Part shown: positions 9,846-22,284 of the stretch, piece after piece | How positions within the stretch are numbered: position 1 is the first letter of the stretch | Layout of the letters: each line of letters starts with the position of its first letter | NCBI RefSeq assembly: GCF_032062105.1 | Contig: NW_026930368.1 | Coordinates: 248,001 to 312,000 of the forward strand | Direction: 5' to 3' | Length of the DNA stretch: 64,000 nucleotides | Source of the DNA: Saccostrea cucullata | Lineage: Eukaryota | Made by a program: the position numbers and the translations under genes | The notes under the pieces: generated by a model | What the model was told of the DNA's origin: nothing | Database searches by the model: none | What the model saw: the letters and a program-made list of their open reading frames with translations, nothing else

Positions 9846-12452
9846 ATGGCACATGCTAGTTTTACTTCTGAGGATGACCAGTTGCGAGATAAATGCTTTT
9901 TGTCCCACTTTGCAGAAATTTTATCAAAGGTGAACAACGATGGGAATAAAGTGTTTATAGATGCATTGTCACTCATGGAGTTTACTTGTCTAAAACTACA
10001 TCATGATGAAATAGCAGGTGGACTATATTCTGAGTGTCACTATGTAGGTTCAGTGGGGGAAGGCATCTCAGGTTTAGATATTTTTTCAAACAATTCAGAT
10101 ATAGACATAATGTTTGTGATGAAATCAGTACATGTAGTTGAAAGACGTCCGATAAAAACAAATAAAAAATGCGAACAACTTCTGAAGATGATCGACGCTG
10201 ATACGACACCTGGTTATGTCAAACTGAAAATACTAGAAAATGAAATTGATGAAAACAATGCGATGAAAGAAGACGAATTCCTTCCTAACTCGATTGTACA
10301 AAAAACTTTCCAAGCATATGGCAATGCATCGAACGCTGGACTACTGAGCCGCATGGTTGAACTTCTTGGAGATAAAATGACCATCAATTGGTTTGTTAAC
10401 GGTCCTTCTTGTTCAACAAATTTGGAAACAGGCAATCGAAACATACTGACAAATAGATTAGTATGGATCGAGTCTGTAGATTGTGTTATAGGATTAAAAT
10501 GTAACGAATGGCCTGAAATAGCTGACGAATGGATCGAAAGAAACAGAGAGTACAACTGGCCTTCAGGAGACCTCATAGAAAAAGCAGTTTCTTTGGGATG
10601 CTATGTTGTCCCAATTGGTGGTCGTCAGAGTATAACTCAGGACCTCGAATGGCGCATATCTTTTGTTCTAGCAGAAAGACTTCTGGTTCGAAATATGAAA
10701 TACATGCAACTTTTCGTATATTCCTTGTTAAAATCTATCAGAAAGGAGATATTTGGGGAATTTTCCATTATAATATCGTCCTACATTATTAAAACGGTTG
10801 TTTTTTGGGTAATGGAAGAAAACGACGCACCATCCTGGAAACCAGAGCATGTGCTTAACTATGTCCAAATCTGTTTTCAAAAATTGTTGGAATTTTTAGA
10901 AGACGATTTTTGTCCTAATTACTTCATGAGAAAATGTAATTTGTTCCATTTGAAATATTCTGATAATGAAAAAATACGTTAATTCGTTTAGTCAAAGAAT
11001 TTATAACGTCTCCAAATTTTTTGAGATCGTTGTGTTCTCTTAATGCTATAGAAAACGTTCGAAGAAACATATACGGTTTATGTCGTATACCGGTAATATT
11101 TAGTACTTATATGAACTATGTAAAAGATATCCGCGATACTTTGGTTTTTAGATATATTTCAGAAGATGTAATTAATCGTTTTGCAGACAGCATGGTTAAT
11201 CGTTCAGAGGAGTCGGATGCTAATATTGCTATTAAATCCATAACTTTGGTACTCAAAGCTATGAAAAAGAACAAAGAAAATTTCTCACCCCTTCTGAAAG
11301 AGACAATCACAGGACATTTTTCTTGCTTGCAGATTCGCTCTGTGTGCGCTGCGACTCATCACAATAAGAAGGCTTTGTCTGAGCCATTTACACTTCAACA
11401 GCGATTTGATGTTGTTCATTATTTGATTGAAAATTCGAAGTTGAAGGTAGAAAGTCTTACTTTTGGAGAAGTTGCACAACTAGCCCATGTATTTTTTTCG
11501 TTTGGATGTATCAGGAATTGTTTGGATATATTAACGCCAGCGCTGGATAATATGATAAAAACACCACAAACTAGAGGTACTGTGAGCGATGAGCTCACTA
11601 AATGATACCCCCCGCCTCCCCTATGGTTATAAGTGGTGAAAAAGTCCATGTTTTCCTGTGGCCGGGAAACCCAAAATATGTGTCGGATCAAAAAGTAAAA
11701 TAGGAGGTGCACAATGGCAATATGTAATAAAGATTCTGTGAAAGTTTCATCAAATTTCATTCAGTGGTATGAGAGGAGTTACGGATAAGAGATGGGTACC
11801 CCAAAGCGTAACAGACGGACGGACAGACAGACAGACGGACGGACGGACGGACGGACGTACAGACGGACGGACGGACGGACGGACGGAATTAACGATTACT
11901 ATATACCCTCCCGCTTTTCAAGCGGGGGGTATAATAAGAATAGATAACTTCATGTCAATATTTGAAATCACAGCCTCATCTTTATTCACTTCTGAAGGAA
12001 ACGTGGCTCTAACTTCGCCATATCGCCCAATGCTACTTATACAACTCTATCCATTTGAATTTCAAATGCTTACTAAGGACATTCAAATTGAAATGCTGGC
12101 ATTGAAAATACAGCAAGACTTTTACTCAGAGGTGTTGAAACCTGGATTTACATTTAAAGTTACCGTGGACCCCGTGGTTTACGCTTGTTATTTGAAATTC
12201 AAATGTCTTCGCAATTTAGGAGACAACATTGGATCGTGCGTTGCCCTAAACCTGTTTGGAGAATTTGTACTCCAAAAAGTATCACATCGGTACATTGCTC
12301 TGAGTCTTCTCGGATGCTGCTTAAATGAAAATGGGTATACTGATAAAGCCTTTAAAATGTTTGCTCGGTCTTTCCGCGAGAATAAAGGAAGATTAGCAAC
12401 ACTTTACCATGTGGCAATAATGCTCAACTGTGAATTTGCTACATACATGTAA
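9846..12452 (+). pseudogene. cGAS-like receptor (cGLR, Mab-21 nucleotidyltransferase) copy 1, disrupted; 9846-10982 still encodes a 378-aa catalytic core
   Basis: Motifs VGSVGEG...SDIDIMF, VDCVIGLKC..WP..A.EW..R.R...WPS, EWRISFVLAE, SSYIIKT, CPNYF...NLF. A 1-nt deletion in the A-run at 10969-10974 and a transposon at 11570-11933 interrupt the C-terminal part. Acceptor TTTCAG ends at 9820. Confidence 0.9.
11570..11933 (+). mobile_element. Helentron-associated element inserted in the cGLR copy 1 coding sequence
   Basis: ACTAGAGGTACTGTGAGC...(GACG/GACA)n...CCCGCTTTTCAAGCGGGGGGTATA. Removing it restores IKTPQ-IRIDNFM, collinear with copy 3 LKSTSHIKVDNVM. Confidence 0.9.
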
Positions 12453-12966
12453 GTTACTAGTGAATATCTTGAAATAAAAACCCATTAAAATAAATTGAGC
12501 TTACGAAAAAGATGCCGTCGATGGATATACAGAACTTTATATAAATTCTAGTACGGAAAGTGTACACCCATGAAGATAAGATTAATATTTGCTATAGCAA
12601 GACAGAAAAGTGCCAAATGTTTAGTATTAAAGAGTAAATGAAGTGTGCATTTCGATGCTAAAAGCTGTGATTTGTAAAAGTTGGCAATTATGTTTCATTT
12701 ACAACTTTTTAAGATCTTGAATATTGCAACAATGCCTCTGGCAAGTCAAACTTTGAAACATTTGAGCATTTGTATTGTGTGATTTCCATTCGTATTGTTA
12801 TTTTTCCATTTGTATTGTAATTTTTCCCATTTGTATTGTAATTTCCATTTGTATTGTATAATTATGTATTGTATGTTTTATATGTTTTGTACAAATCTCC
12901 TTGCATTTTATTATATTGATTTCCTATTTGAATTATTTAACATTTTATTCTACTACATTTTTAAAT

Positions 12967-13442
12967 TATACCCCCGCTTGAAAAGCGGGAGGGTATATAG
13001 TAATAGGTATGTCCATCCGTCTGTCTGTTACGCTTTGGGGGTACCTATCTCTTATCCGCAACTCTCTCAAACCACTGAATGAAATTTAATGAGACTTTCA
13101 CAGAATCTTTGTCATACGTATAGTGACATTGTGCACCTCATATTTCACTTTTTGATTTGACACACATTTTGGGTTTCCAGAGCAAATCATGACACTGCCA
13201 TTTTTTCTATATTATTGAAGGGTGCCCATTTCTTATCCACAACTCCTCCTATACCACAGAATAAAATTAAATGATACTTTCACAGATTCTTTATTACATA
13301 ATTTCATTGTGCACCTCCTATTTTAGTTTTTGATCTGACTCTTATTTCGGGTCTACAAGAGCAAAACAGGGACGTTGTCTTTATAATCATATGGGAGGCG
13401 GGGGTATCATTTAGTGAGCTTGTTGCTCACAATATCTCTAGT
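12967..13442 (-). mobile_element. Inverted copy of the same Helentron-associated family
   Basis: Termini TATACCCCCGCTTGAAAAGCGGGAGGG...GCTCACAATATCTCTAGT are reverse complements of the 11570-11933 element. Absent from the paralogous 3' flank of copy 2 (~16900), which shows the empty site. Confidence 0.85.
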
Positions 13443-13554
13443 TTTAATTGTATAAATTTTTATTTGTATTATAAGATAATTGTTTTATTTGTGTCCTGTC
13501 TGATTATACGATGCAAATGGAAAAGATCGAATATTCAACATTTGACATGATATA

Positions 13555-13754
13555 CTGTAAATCATTTTTTTTATTCGCGAGAACTTTATTTTTGCGTAAT
13601 TACGCGAGACAGTGTAATCGCAAAAAAATCATTCTCGTGTATATTATTATTATTAAAGATTTTATATAGCAATAACCATAATTTTGTTTCGCTATTAAAG
13701 AGACAATGACTATCTCGCGAAAATAAAGTTTTGCGAAAATATAGTGATTTACAG
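13555..13754. mobile_element. CTGT...ACAG-type MITE
   Basis: TACTGTAAATCA...TGATTTACAGTA. Confidence 0.75.
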
Positions 13755-13759
13755 TACAT

Positions 13760-13889
13760 GCATGGGCTAGTTGTGCAACTTCTCCAAAGGTAAGATGCTC
13801 TACCTGCAACTTTGCATTTTCAATTAAATCATGAACAACATTAAATCGCTGTTGAAGTGTAAAGTGCTCCGACGAATCCTGCATGTTGA
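13760..13889 (-). pseudogene. Inverted orphan fragment of a cGLR C-terminal region
   Basis: NMQDSSEHFTLQQRFNVVHDLIENAKLQVEHLTFGEVAQLAH matches copy 1 ALSEPFTLQQRFDVVHYLIENSKLKVESLTFGEVAQLAH. Confidence 0.9.
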
Positions 13890-14544
13890 GATAACATCCT
13901 TTTGTATTTGTATTGTTTACTCTAAAGTTGACATGAAAAATGCTTAAGTTTCTGATTGACAATATCGATGAGGTTTTAGGAGTCCAGATCTTCCAGTTAT
14001 AAATTTCTTGCCAGATACATCACATTTTGTGAGTGCAGAAAGGTCAAATAATTGGTTTGAACATATTCTATTGTATAAATACTATACAAATGGTTCTAAC
14101 AACTTACTAGGTTCTCACCATACAACTGTCAATATATATACATAGGGAAAATAAGTGAAAAGGAATATTGATGTACAAACAAGTTTGTTAAATTGAAACA
14201 TACATTTGTTACATATGATAAATATATAATTATATAGAGTGTAAGTGTTAGGCAGTAATAATTAATTAAAGTCAAATAATTGATTATGCGAAGCAATTTG
14301 AAACTTTTTCTTAGTCACAATTTAAAAGTGTATTTTTTAAAATAGACTTATAGTTTATAGTTTATTTTGTTCCATGCTTTATTTGGATGAAAATATTTGA
14401 GGGAAAACGTTGAAGATGTAATTTTTTATTGAGACACAGATTTCAGTGCAAAAAGGTACTGTAGCGCTAAAAAATGCAAATTGACCCCATATTTTGATTT
14501 GATTTTTAATTAGGCTTTGTGTGTAGAAAGTAAAAATATACTAG

Positions 14545-14770
14545 ATATGTAAAGTTAGCTACTAGTAACTGGCTACGACAAGTGGTAAAGTTAGCTACTA
14601 GTAGCTGGCTACGAGAAGAAAGTTAAGTTGGCTACTAGTAACTGGCTACTAGTAGCGAGCTACGACAAATGGTAAAGTTAGCTACTAGTAGCTGGTTACA
14701 ATAAGTAAATAAAGTTGGCTATTAGTAATTGGCTACCAGTAACTGACTTGAACATTCTAGTAGTCTAACT
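14545..14770. repeat. Minisatellite (~36-bp unit with GCTACTAGTA subrepeats)
   Basis: Repeated AAAGTTAGCTACTAGTA(A/G)CTGGCTACGA. Confidence 0.85.
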
Positions 14771-14802
14771 TTTGTATTAAACTATGCTAATTTGGGAGAA
14801 AT

Positions 14803-15202
14803 TATCTGGCACTAAAGTTACCAAGATATCTTTATTAATAAACTCAGCTACTAGTACCATTAAAGGTGTGCAATTTTGGGAGATAAATGTTGTTATTATA
14901 CAAATAACTGGATTTTTACACCGCTGATATCCACTGATATTGTTGATAAAAACAATCTCTGAGCTTTTCCACATGATCTGGCACTAAAGTTAACAAGATA
15001 TCGTTAGTAATAAACTCAGCTACTAGTACCTTTTGTTTAAAATTCTGCAATTTTGTGAGACAAAAGTTGATATTCCAGAAGTAGCTGGATATTTACACCG
15101 CTGATATCAACTGATATTGTTGATAAAAACAATCTATGAGCTTTTCAACATGATCTGGCACTAAAGTTACCAAGATATCGTTATTAATAAACTCAGCTAC
15201 TA
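14803..15202. repeat. ~175-bp tandem repeat (about 2.3 units) abutting the truncated 5' end of cGLR copy 2
   Basis: ATCTGGCACTAAAGTTA.CAAGATATC recurs at ~14803, ~14976 and ~15153. Confidence 0.85.
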
Positions 15203-15203
15203 A

Positions 15204-16417
15204 CATGTTTAAAACTACACTATGATCAATCAACAGGTGGGCCATATTCTGAGTGTCACTTTGTAGGTTCCGGAGGAGAAGGCATTGCAGGTTTAGATAT
15301 TTTTTCAAACAACTCAGATCTAGACATTATGTTTGTGATGAAATCAGTGCATGTAGTTCAAAGACATCCAATGAAAGCAAATGAAAACTGCGAACAACTT
15401 CTCGAGATGAACGATGTTGATACAATGCTAGGGAAGGAAACTAATAAAAGCTCTGCGATAAAAAAAGATGAATTCCTTCTCAACTCATTTATACGAAACG
15501 CTTTCAAAGCATATAGCACCGCATCTAATGCCAGACTCCAAAGCCGCATGTCCGAACTTCTCGGAAATAAAATGAACATAAGCTGGTTTGACAATGGTCC
15601 TTCTTGTTCAACAAATTTGGAAGCGGGGAAACCAAAATATACTGACAAATAGAACGATATGGATCAAATCTTTGGACTTTGTTATAGGATTAAAATGTAA
15701 TGAATGGCCTGAAATAGCTGACGAATGGATTGAAAGAAACAGAGAGTACAACTGGCCCTCAGGAGATCTCATAGAAAAAGCAGTTGCCTTAGGATGCTAT
15801 GTAGTGCCAATCGGTGGTCGTCAAAGCATTACTGAAGACCTCGAGTGGCGCATATCTTTTGTTCTAGCAGAAAGACTTCTGGTTCGAAATATGAACTGTA
15901 TGCAACTTTTCGTGTATTCCTTGTTAAAATCTATCAGAAATGAGATATTTGGGGAATTTTCCAGTATAATATCGTCCTACATTATTAAAACGGTTGTTTT
16001 TTGGGTAATGGAAGAAAGCGGTGTACCATCCTGGAAACCAGAGCATGTGCTTCACTATGTCCAAATCTGTTTTCAAAAATTATTGGAATTTTTAGAAGAT
16101 GATTTTTGCCCAAATTACTTTATGAGAAGGTTACCATGGACCCCGTGGTATACGCTTGTTATATGCAATTCAAATGTCATCGCATTTTAGGAGACAACAT
16201 AGGATCATGCGTTGCCCTAAGACTGTTTGGAGAATTTGTACTCAGAAAAGTATCACATCGGTACATTGCTCTGAGTCTTCTTTGGTGCTGCTTAAATGAA
16301 AATGGATACCCGGAAGAAGCCGTTAAAATGTTTGCTCGATCTTTCCGCGAGAAGAAAGAAAGATTAGCAACTCTTTACCATTTGGCAATAATGCTCAACC
16401 GTGAATTTGCTAAATAG
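15204..16417 (+). pseudogene. cGLR copy 2 pseudogene (5' truncated, frameshifted, internally deleted)
   Basis: TCLKLHYDQSTGGPYSECHFVGSGGEGIAGLDIFSNNSDLDIMFV...; frameshift at ~15625; at ~16128 the sequence jumps from CPNYFMR to VTMDPVVY, losing the middle ~0.85 kb present in copy 3. Confidence 0.9.
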
Positions 16418-18306
16418 GTTACTAGTGAATATCTTAAAATAAAAACAAATTGAGTTGTAATTTGATGCGGTCGATAAATACAATATCAATGCTAATGTTA
16501 CATTAATTCTTATACGAAAAATGTTTACCCATCAATATAAGACTAATTTTTGCTACAGCAAAATGGAAAAAAGAAGGGCCAAATATATATTATTAAATGA
16601 TAAATGAAGTGTTTATAAATGAAAGTATGCTTAAAGTTGTGCTATGTAAAAATTGGCAGTTCTGTTTCATATGTATACAATTTTTTAATCTTGAATGTTG
16701 CAAAAAATGCCTCTAGTAAGTCAAACGTTGAAATATTTGATCCTTTGTATTGTTTAATTTCTATTTGTATTATAAAATTTCCATTTGTATTGTAATTAAA
16801 TTTTTTCCATTTGTATTGTATAATTTTATATGTTTTGTATAAATTTCCTTGTATTTTATGATTTTCTATTTGAATAGTAATGGAACCTTTTATTCTGCAT
16901 TTTTAATTTTAATTGTATAAATTCTTATTTGTATAATAAGGTAATTTTTTCATTGTTTCGTTCCTGACCTTTTTCATTCAACTTTGAAATATAATTTTTG
17001 TTGTGAAATATTATTTGGAACTTTTCTTTCATATCCCGAAAGTCTATCTAGGAATTACTCCACATTCAGGCGAGTAGCCAGAATGGAGTTAAGTGTTCGT
17101 AGAGAACGACAGGAGATCAAGGGGGGGGGGGGTGTTGATCGAGGCCCCTGGTAGGTCCAGCGCTGGTAGCTCCTTGGTTTTACCAAATATTTCAATCAGT
17201 TTCTTGCAGGATATATTATGTTATTTGAAGATTTATGTCTTTCAAACAAATTATCCCTATAGAGTACTCAAAATATGCTGGCTGCACAAGATCAGCAGTA
17301 TCAGAGTATGGAGAGTTGTATGAAAAAACAACTGTCATATCCGACCAAATAGAGAAAAGCGATGGAAATGTAACGTGATAAAAATGGAAACATAAGATAT
17401 ACCACGAGTATAATTGAATTGGTGTATTTTGATAAGAATATTTTCCTGGTTTCCACAAATGTACCGCTTTGAAGAAAATGGGTGGTAGCAGGTGTCATGG
17501 AGGAGTTATATAAGCATCCTCTTTCAACTTGTCATTCATGCTGTGTGCTCCTTGTCATGACAAGGTAAACAGGGAAATCTGCACAATACATTGTGAAAAC
17601 AAATACAGTGTGTTGGCTTGCATAAGAATGTATGGGCACAATACAATGTGTGCTACTAACCCGACGTTATCAGATACTTACCACTAAACAAACCAAACCT
17701 GATCATCCACACATTATTGAAACTAACTTATACCAGGTATTTTGACTTTTTATCTCATTTGAACTTAACCATTTGAGAAGATCAAATGTATTAAGAAAAA
17801 AGATTGTGTATAAACTCTTCGGATTCATTATCTGATCGAAGCCATTCATGTAATGTATGTATAACTGTTTTTTTTTTCAGTTTTAATGTTATGAATTTTG
17901 TTAACAAACCCTGAAATAATTTTTATTTTAAACAGAAAAAAGAAATAGAAAACAATCCCATGATACAATTAAAGTGAAAATAGAAAGCTGCCAATGATTA
18001 AAGACTTAAACAAATACAATTACATTAAAATATTTGAATGTATTTACTTAAAAATCATGGGAAAATTAATTAAATCAAAATATATTGTTTATCTTAAAAT
18101 ACAAGGTAGGTTTGAACCTCGGCCGCGACTGACCTTAGTCGAAATAAAAAACTGTAGAAGCACAAACTATTTTGTTGATTTGTCATATAAAATAGTTTCA
18201 TGGGCATTTAATTTCGTTGTTTTGAAATTCGCCCTATTCTATAGATAGTCATTAAAAAAAATTTCGTTGAGATTTAATTTCGTTGATAATTGTTAACAAC
18301 GAAATA

Positions 18307-18518
18307 CTGTAAAATCACATAATTTTGAGGGGTCAAATTTTCATGGTTTGGGGAAAATATATTGGTTTGTGAGAATCTGATTTCGTGGTGTAAAAATTGT
18401 TCAGTAGTAATATATGTGAAAAATTGGAATTCGTGGTGGACATTAATTAATTCTTGGGTCTCTTCATACCTTGAAAATAAAAGAAAATTAAACTCCACGA
18501 AAGTAAGTGTTTTCACGG
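18307..18518. mobile_element. CTGT...ACAG-type MITE
   Basis: TACTGTAAAATCAC...GTTTTCACGGTA; internally similar to 3559-3711. Confidence 0.7.
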
Positions 18519-19530
18519 TAAACGAAATTGACTAAAGCACTAAGCAATCATGTGATTAATTGTTCACATATTCCGTAAACTGAAGATAAAGAAAAGTGAT
18601 CCTTGTAAGCAATATAAATTGTAAACAGGGCATAAAAAGATACCTGGCAACACCAGAATTGTAATCAGTTGCTTACGGGAAGTAATTATCCCCCTATCGA
18701 CCGCTCAAACCCGCTGTCAGATTGCTCGCTGTATTGATCAAATATTTATGTTGTTAATCTTCACTTGATATGAATCTTTTAACTTTTAGTAATACAACCT
18801 AAAGATTATCTTGATAGATTGTATTTTGTTAATACGGTTATTAACGAATGTAAAATTTGTAAAAACGACTTCATCTCCTGTGTTTTCAAGTCCAGTTATT
18901 TGCTGGTTATATATATTTATAAAAACATCTTAACATGAAACCAGTATGATACATGTAGATCATGCGGTGTCATATCTTCAGTTTATTGGGATATCAATTC
19001 AACGTAATGAATAAGTAGGCCTTGATAAAACGTTGCCGATATGTCTAAAAATCGACCTTTTCATAAAGAATTTTCTTCTAATGACACAACTCTTAGTAAG
19101 GCAGGATAATTATTTCATTTGTTCGTTATGACCTCCTTCTCTCTCTCTCTCTCTCTCACGTAGCTGATTGAAATATAAAAAAAGAATTTCTCACACATTC
19201 CTCTTGGAGATTCTTGGTTTGGATTCCAAATTTTTTATATAATAATTTGTTTTTACCATTTCGGCTTTGAAATATGCTTTTAAATTTATATATCTCTGCT
19301 TATGCTCCAATATCACTTTCAAGGTATAGATTATATTATAATATCCTATGAGTATATAACAATATCCTATTTGAAGAAGAACAAGTGATCTTCCTTTACA
19401 ATTTTTTTGCGAAAATTAAAAAAGTTCTATTGTGTAAAGCAACCTAGAAGGTTAAGCGCTGTTGAATTTTGTTTATGCATCTGGATTTTTTCGTTACTAC
19501 TTATAAATTTAATCTCACAAATCATTTCAG

Positions 19531-21782
19531 ATGTCAAATACTAAACCAACAACAATGGAATGTGATACACCCAAGGATACATTTTTATCCCACTTAGCTA
19601 AATTCTTATCCGAGGTGAACAAAAATGGGACTAAAATACACATAGACGCAATGTCACTTATAGAGTTTACATTTATGAAAATACACCATGATCAATTCCC
19701 AAGGGAAATATTTTCTGAGTGTCACGTCGTGGGTTCAGCTGGAGAAGGCATAACAGGTTTAGATATTTTTACAAACAATTCCATATATAGATGCCATGCT
19801 TGTGATGAAGACAATGACTGTGATTGAAAGACATCCAGGAACACCAAATGAAAAATGCAAACTACTTTTAAGGATGAATAACACTGATACAATTCCTGGT
19901 TATGTTAAACTGAAATACTAAAAACTGAAACTGGTGAAAATACTAGTAATAGGAAGGCTGAAGATGAATTCCTTCCTAACACACTATTTCGAGACTCTTT
20001 TCAAAGGCATGGAAACCCATGTAATGCCAAGCTTCTAAGCCAAATGATGGAACTTCTTGGAATTCCTGGAGATAGAATAAAAGTTAACTACTTTGTCAAT
20101 GGTCCATCTTGTTCAGCGAATGTTGAAACAAAAGATCGAAATATACTAACGAGAAAATTAGTATGGATGGAGTCTGTAGACTCTGTTATAGGACTAAAAT
20201 GTAACGAATGGCCTGAAATAGCTGAAGAATGGATTGAAAGAAGCAGAGAGTACAACTGGCCTTCAGGAGACCTCATAGAAAAAGCAATCTCTTTAGGATG
20301 CTATGTGGTCCCTATCGGTGGTCGTCAAAGTATTTCGAAAGACTTCGAATGGTGCATATCTTTTGTTCTAGCAGAAAGACTTCTGATTCGAAATATGAAT
20401 TCTATTCAACGTTTCATTTATTCTGTTCTAAAATCGATCAGGAAGGAGATATTTGGGGAGTTTTCCGTTATAATTTCATCTTACATAATTAAAACAATTA
20501 TACTTTGGGTAATGGAAGAAAACGATACGTCCTCTCTTCAACCGAAGAATGTAATAGAATATGTCCAAGAATGTTTTCAAAAATTGTTGGAATTCTTAAA
20601 AGACGATTTTTGTCCAAATTACTTTATGAGAAAATGTAATTTGTTCCATCTAAAATATTCTGAAAATGAGAAAAGTGACCTTAGTAGTTTAGTAAGAGAT
20701 TTTGTATTGTCTCCAAATTTTCCGGAAATCTTGTGTTTTTTACAACCAATAGGAAATCTTCGACGTAGCCTATGCAGCGTATGTCAATTATCCGGACTAA
20801 CTGGTAGCATTTTTAATTTTGGAAGAGAACTTTTCGACACTTTACTATTTAAATATCAATTAGAAGAACCAATCAATCGTTTTGTAGACAGCATCGTTAA
20901 TGGTTCAGAAGAGTCTGATGCTAATGTTGCTGTTAAATCAATTAATGTGATATTGGAAACTCTGAAAGCAAACAGGGATAATTTTTCACCCCTTCTGCAG
21001 GAGACACTAACTGGAGTTTTGTCTTGCATGCAGATCCGCGCTGTATGCGCCGCATCTTTTCATAAGATGCAGACTTCATCTGAGCCTTTTTCACTTGAAG
21101 AAAGATTTAATGTTGTTAATTATTTAATTAAAAGTGCGAACTTGAAGGTAGAAAATCTGAGTGTCAGTGAAGTTGCACAGCTAGCCCATGTATTCTTTTC
21201 ATTTGGATGTATTCAAGACTGTTTGCATCTGTTTATGTTGACGCTGGATAGTTTAAAATCAACATCTCATATCAAAGTGGACAATGTTATGTCAATATTT
21301 GACGTTGCAGCCTCATTTTTATTCCATTTTCAAGAAAATAAAGCTGAAAATTGGCTGTGTCGACCAGTAATACTTACTAAACTTTACCCTTTTGAATTTC
21401 CTATGCTGACAAAGGATATTCAGGTCGAAATGCAGGCACTGAAAATACAACAAAATGTTTATTCAGAATTGTTAAAACGTAAATTAACTTTCAAAGTCAC
21501 ACTTGATCCTCTTGTTTACATTTGTTACATGAAATTCAAATGTCATCGCTTGTTAGAAGACAACATAGGGTCATGTTTTACCTTAAAAGAGTTTGGAGAT
21601 ATCGTACACAAAAAAGTATCTCATCGGTCTATTGCGTTGAGTCTTCTTGGGTGCTGCTTAAAAGAAAATGGACGTGTGGAAGAAGCCATTTTAATGTTTT
21701 ATCGGTCTTTCTTGAGGACAAGGAGAGATTGGCAACACTCTACCATGTGGCAATAATGCTTAAAGATGAATTCGCTAAATAA
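19531..21782 (+). pseudogene. cGLR copy 3, full length but with three frameshifts
   Basis: ATG directly follows the acceptor TTTCAG; VGSAGEGITGLDIF. A +1 shift at ~19782 falls inside the S-D-x-D motif; -1 shifts at ~19915 and ~21711. A 570-aa ORF (20044-21756) remains. Confidence 0.9.
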
Positions 21783-22284
21783 GTTAATTTTTTGGACTTT
21801 TCATGTCCATCCCTGAAAGGTTATTAGTCTGAATTGTACATGCAATACCTGTGAAACAAATAAGTCGATGAAAACCATTAAGGAATGGTTAAAGGATATT
21901 CTATTGGTTAAAAAATAAAAAGTAGAACTGTTATTGGTGTAAGATTATTTTTTATACACTCCTCCTCACTTCTCCATGCCCATGGCACCTGATCCCACCT
22001 ATGATGTTTTGGATGCGGATCCTTATTTGCACTGCTCCTATTTTGTATGGTTAAATGGACTTTTGAGCTTGAATACTGTTTGTTATCTCCAGATATTGCA
22101 AACAGCAATAATAATGAAATTACTAACTACTTGGAAGAGTGTGCAATGTAGATTAATTTTATATCATTGTGTAGACCATGTTTATAAATAAAAAAAAATA
22201 TTCTATTGATATTGCTTGAGTTTTTTGGTGAAAAAATATACATGTAATTGTACATGTCTTCTTGATTTGAGAGGGTTTAGAGGT

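Noticed and set aside
11769-11933. TDGR-repeat N-terminus as a real protein domain
   Set aside because: It is the translation of the transposon's (GACG)n microsatellite.
14545-15202. CRISPR-like array
   Set aside because: Contiguous tandem repeats with no unique spacers or cas genes, in a eukaryotic context. The same applies to 34460-34550 and 58710-58900.
17330-17740. Less AT-rich stretch that might be a decayed exon
   Set aside because: Stops in the frames I tried and no recognisable motif.
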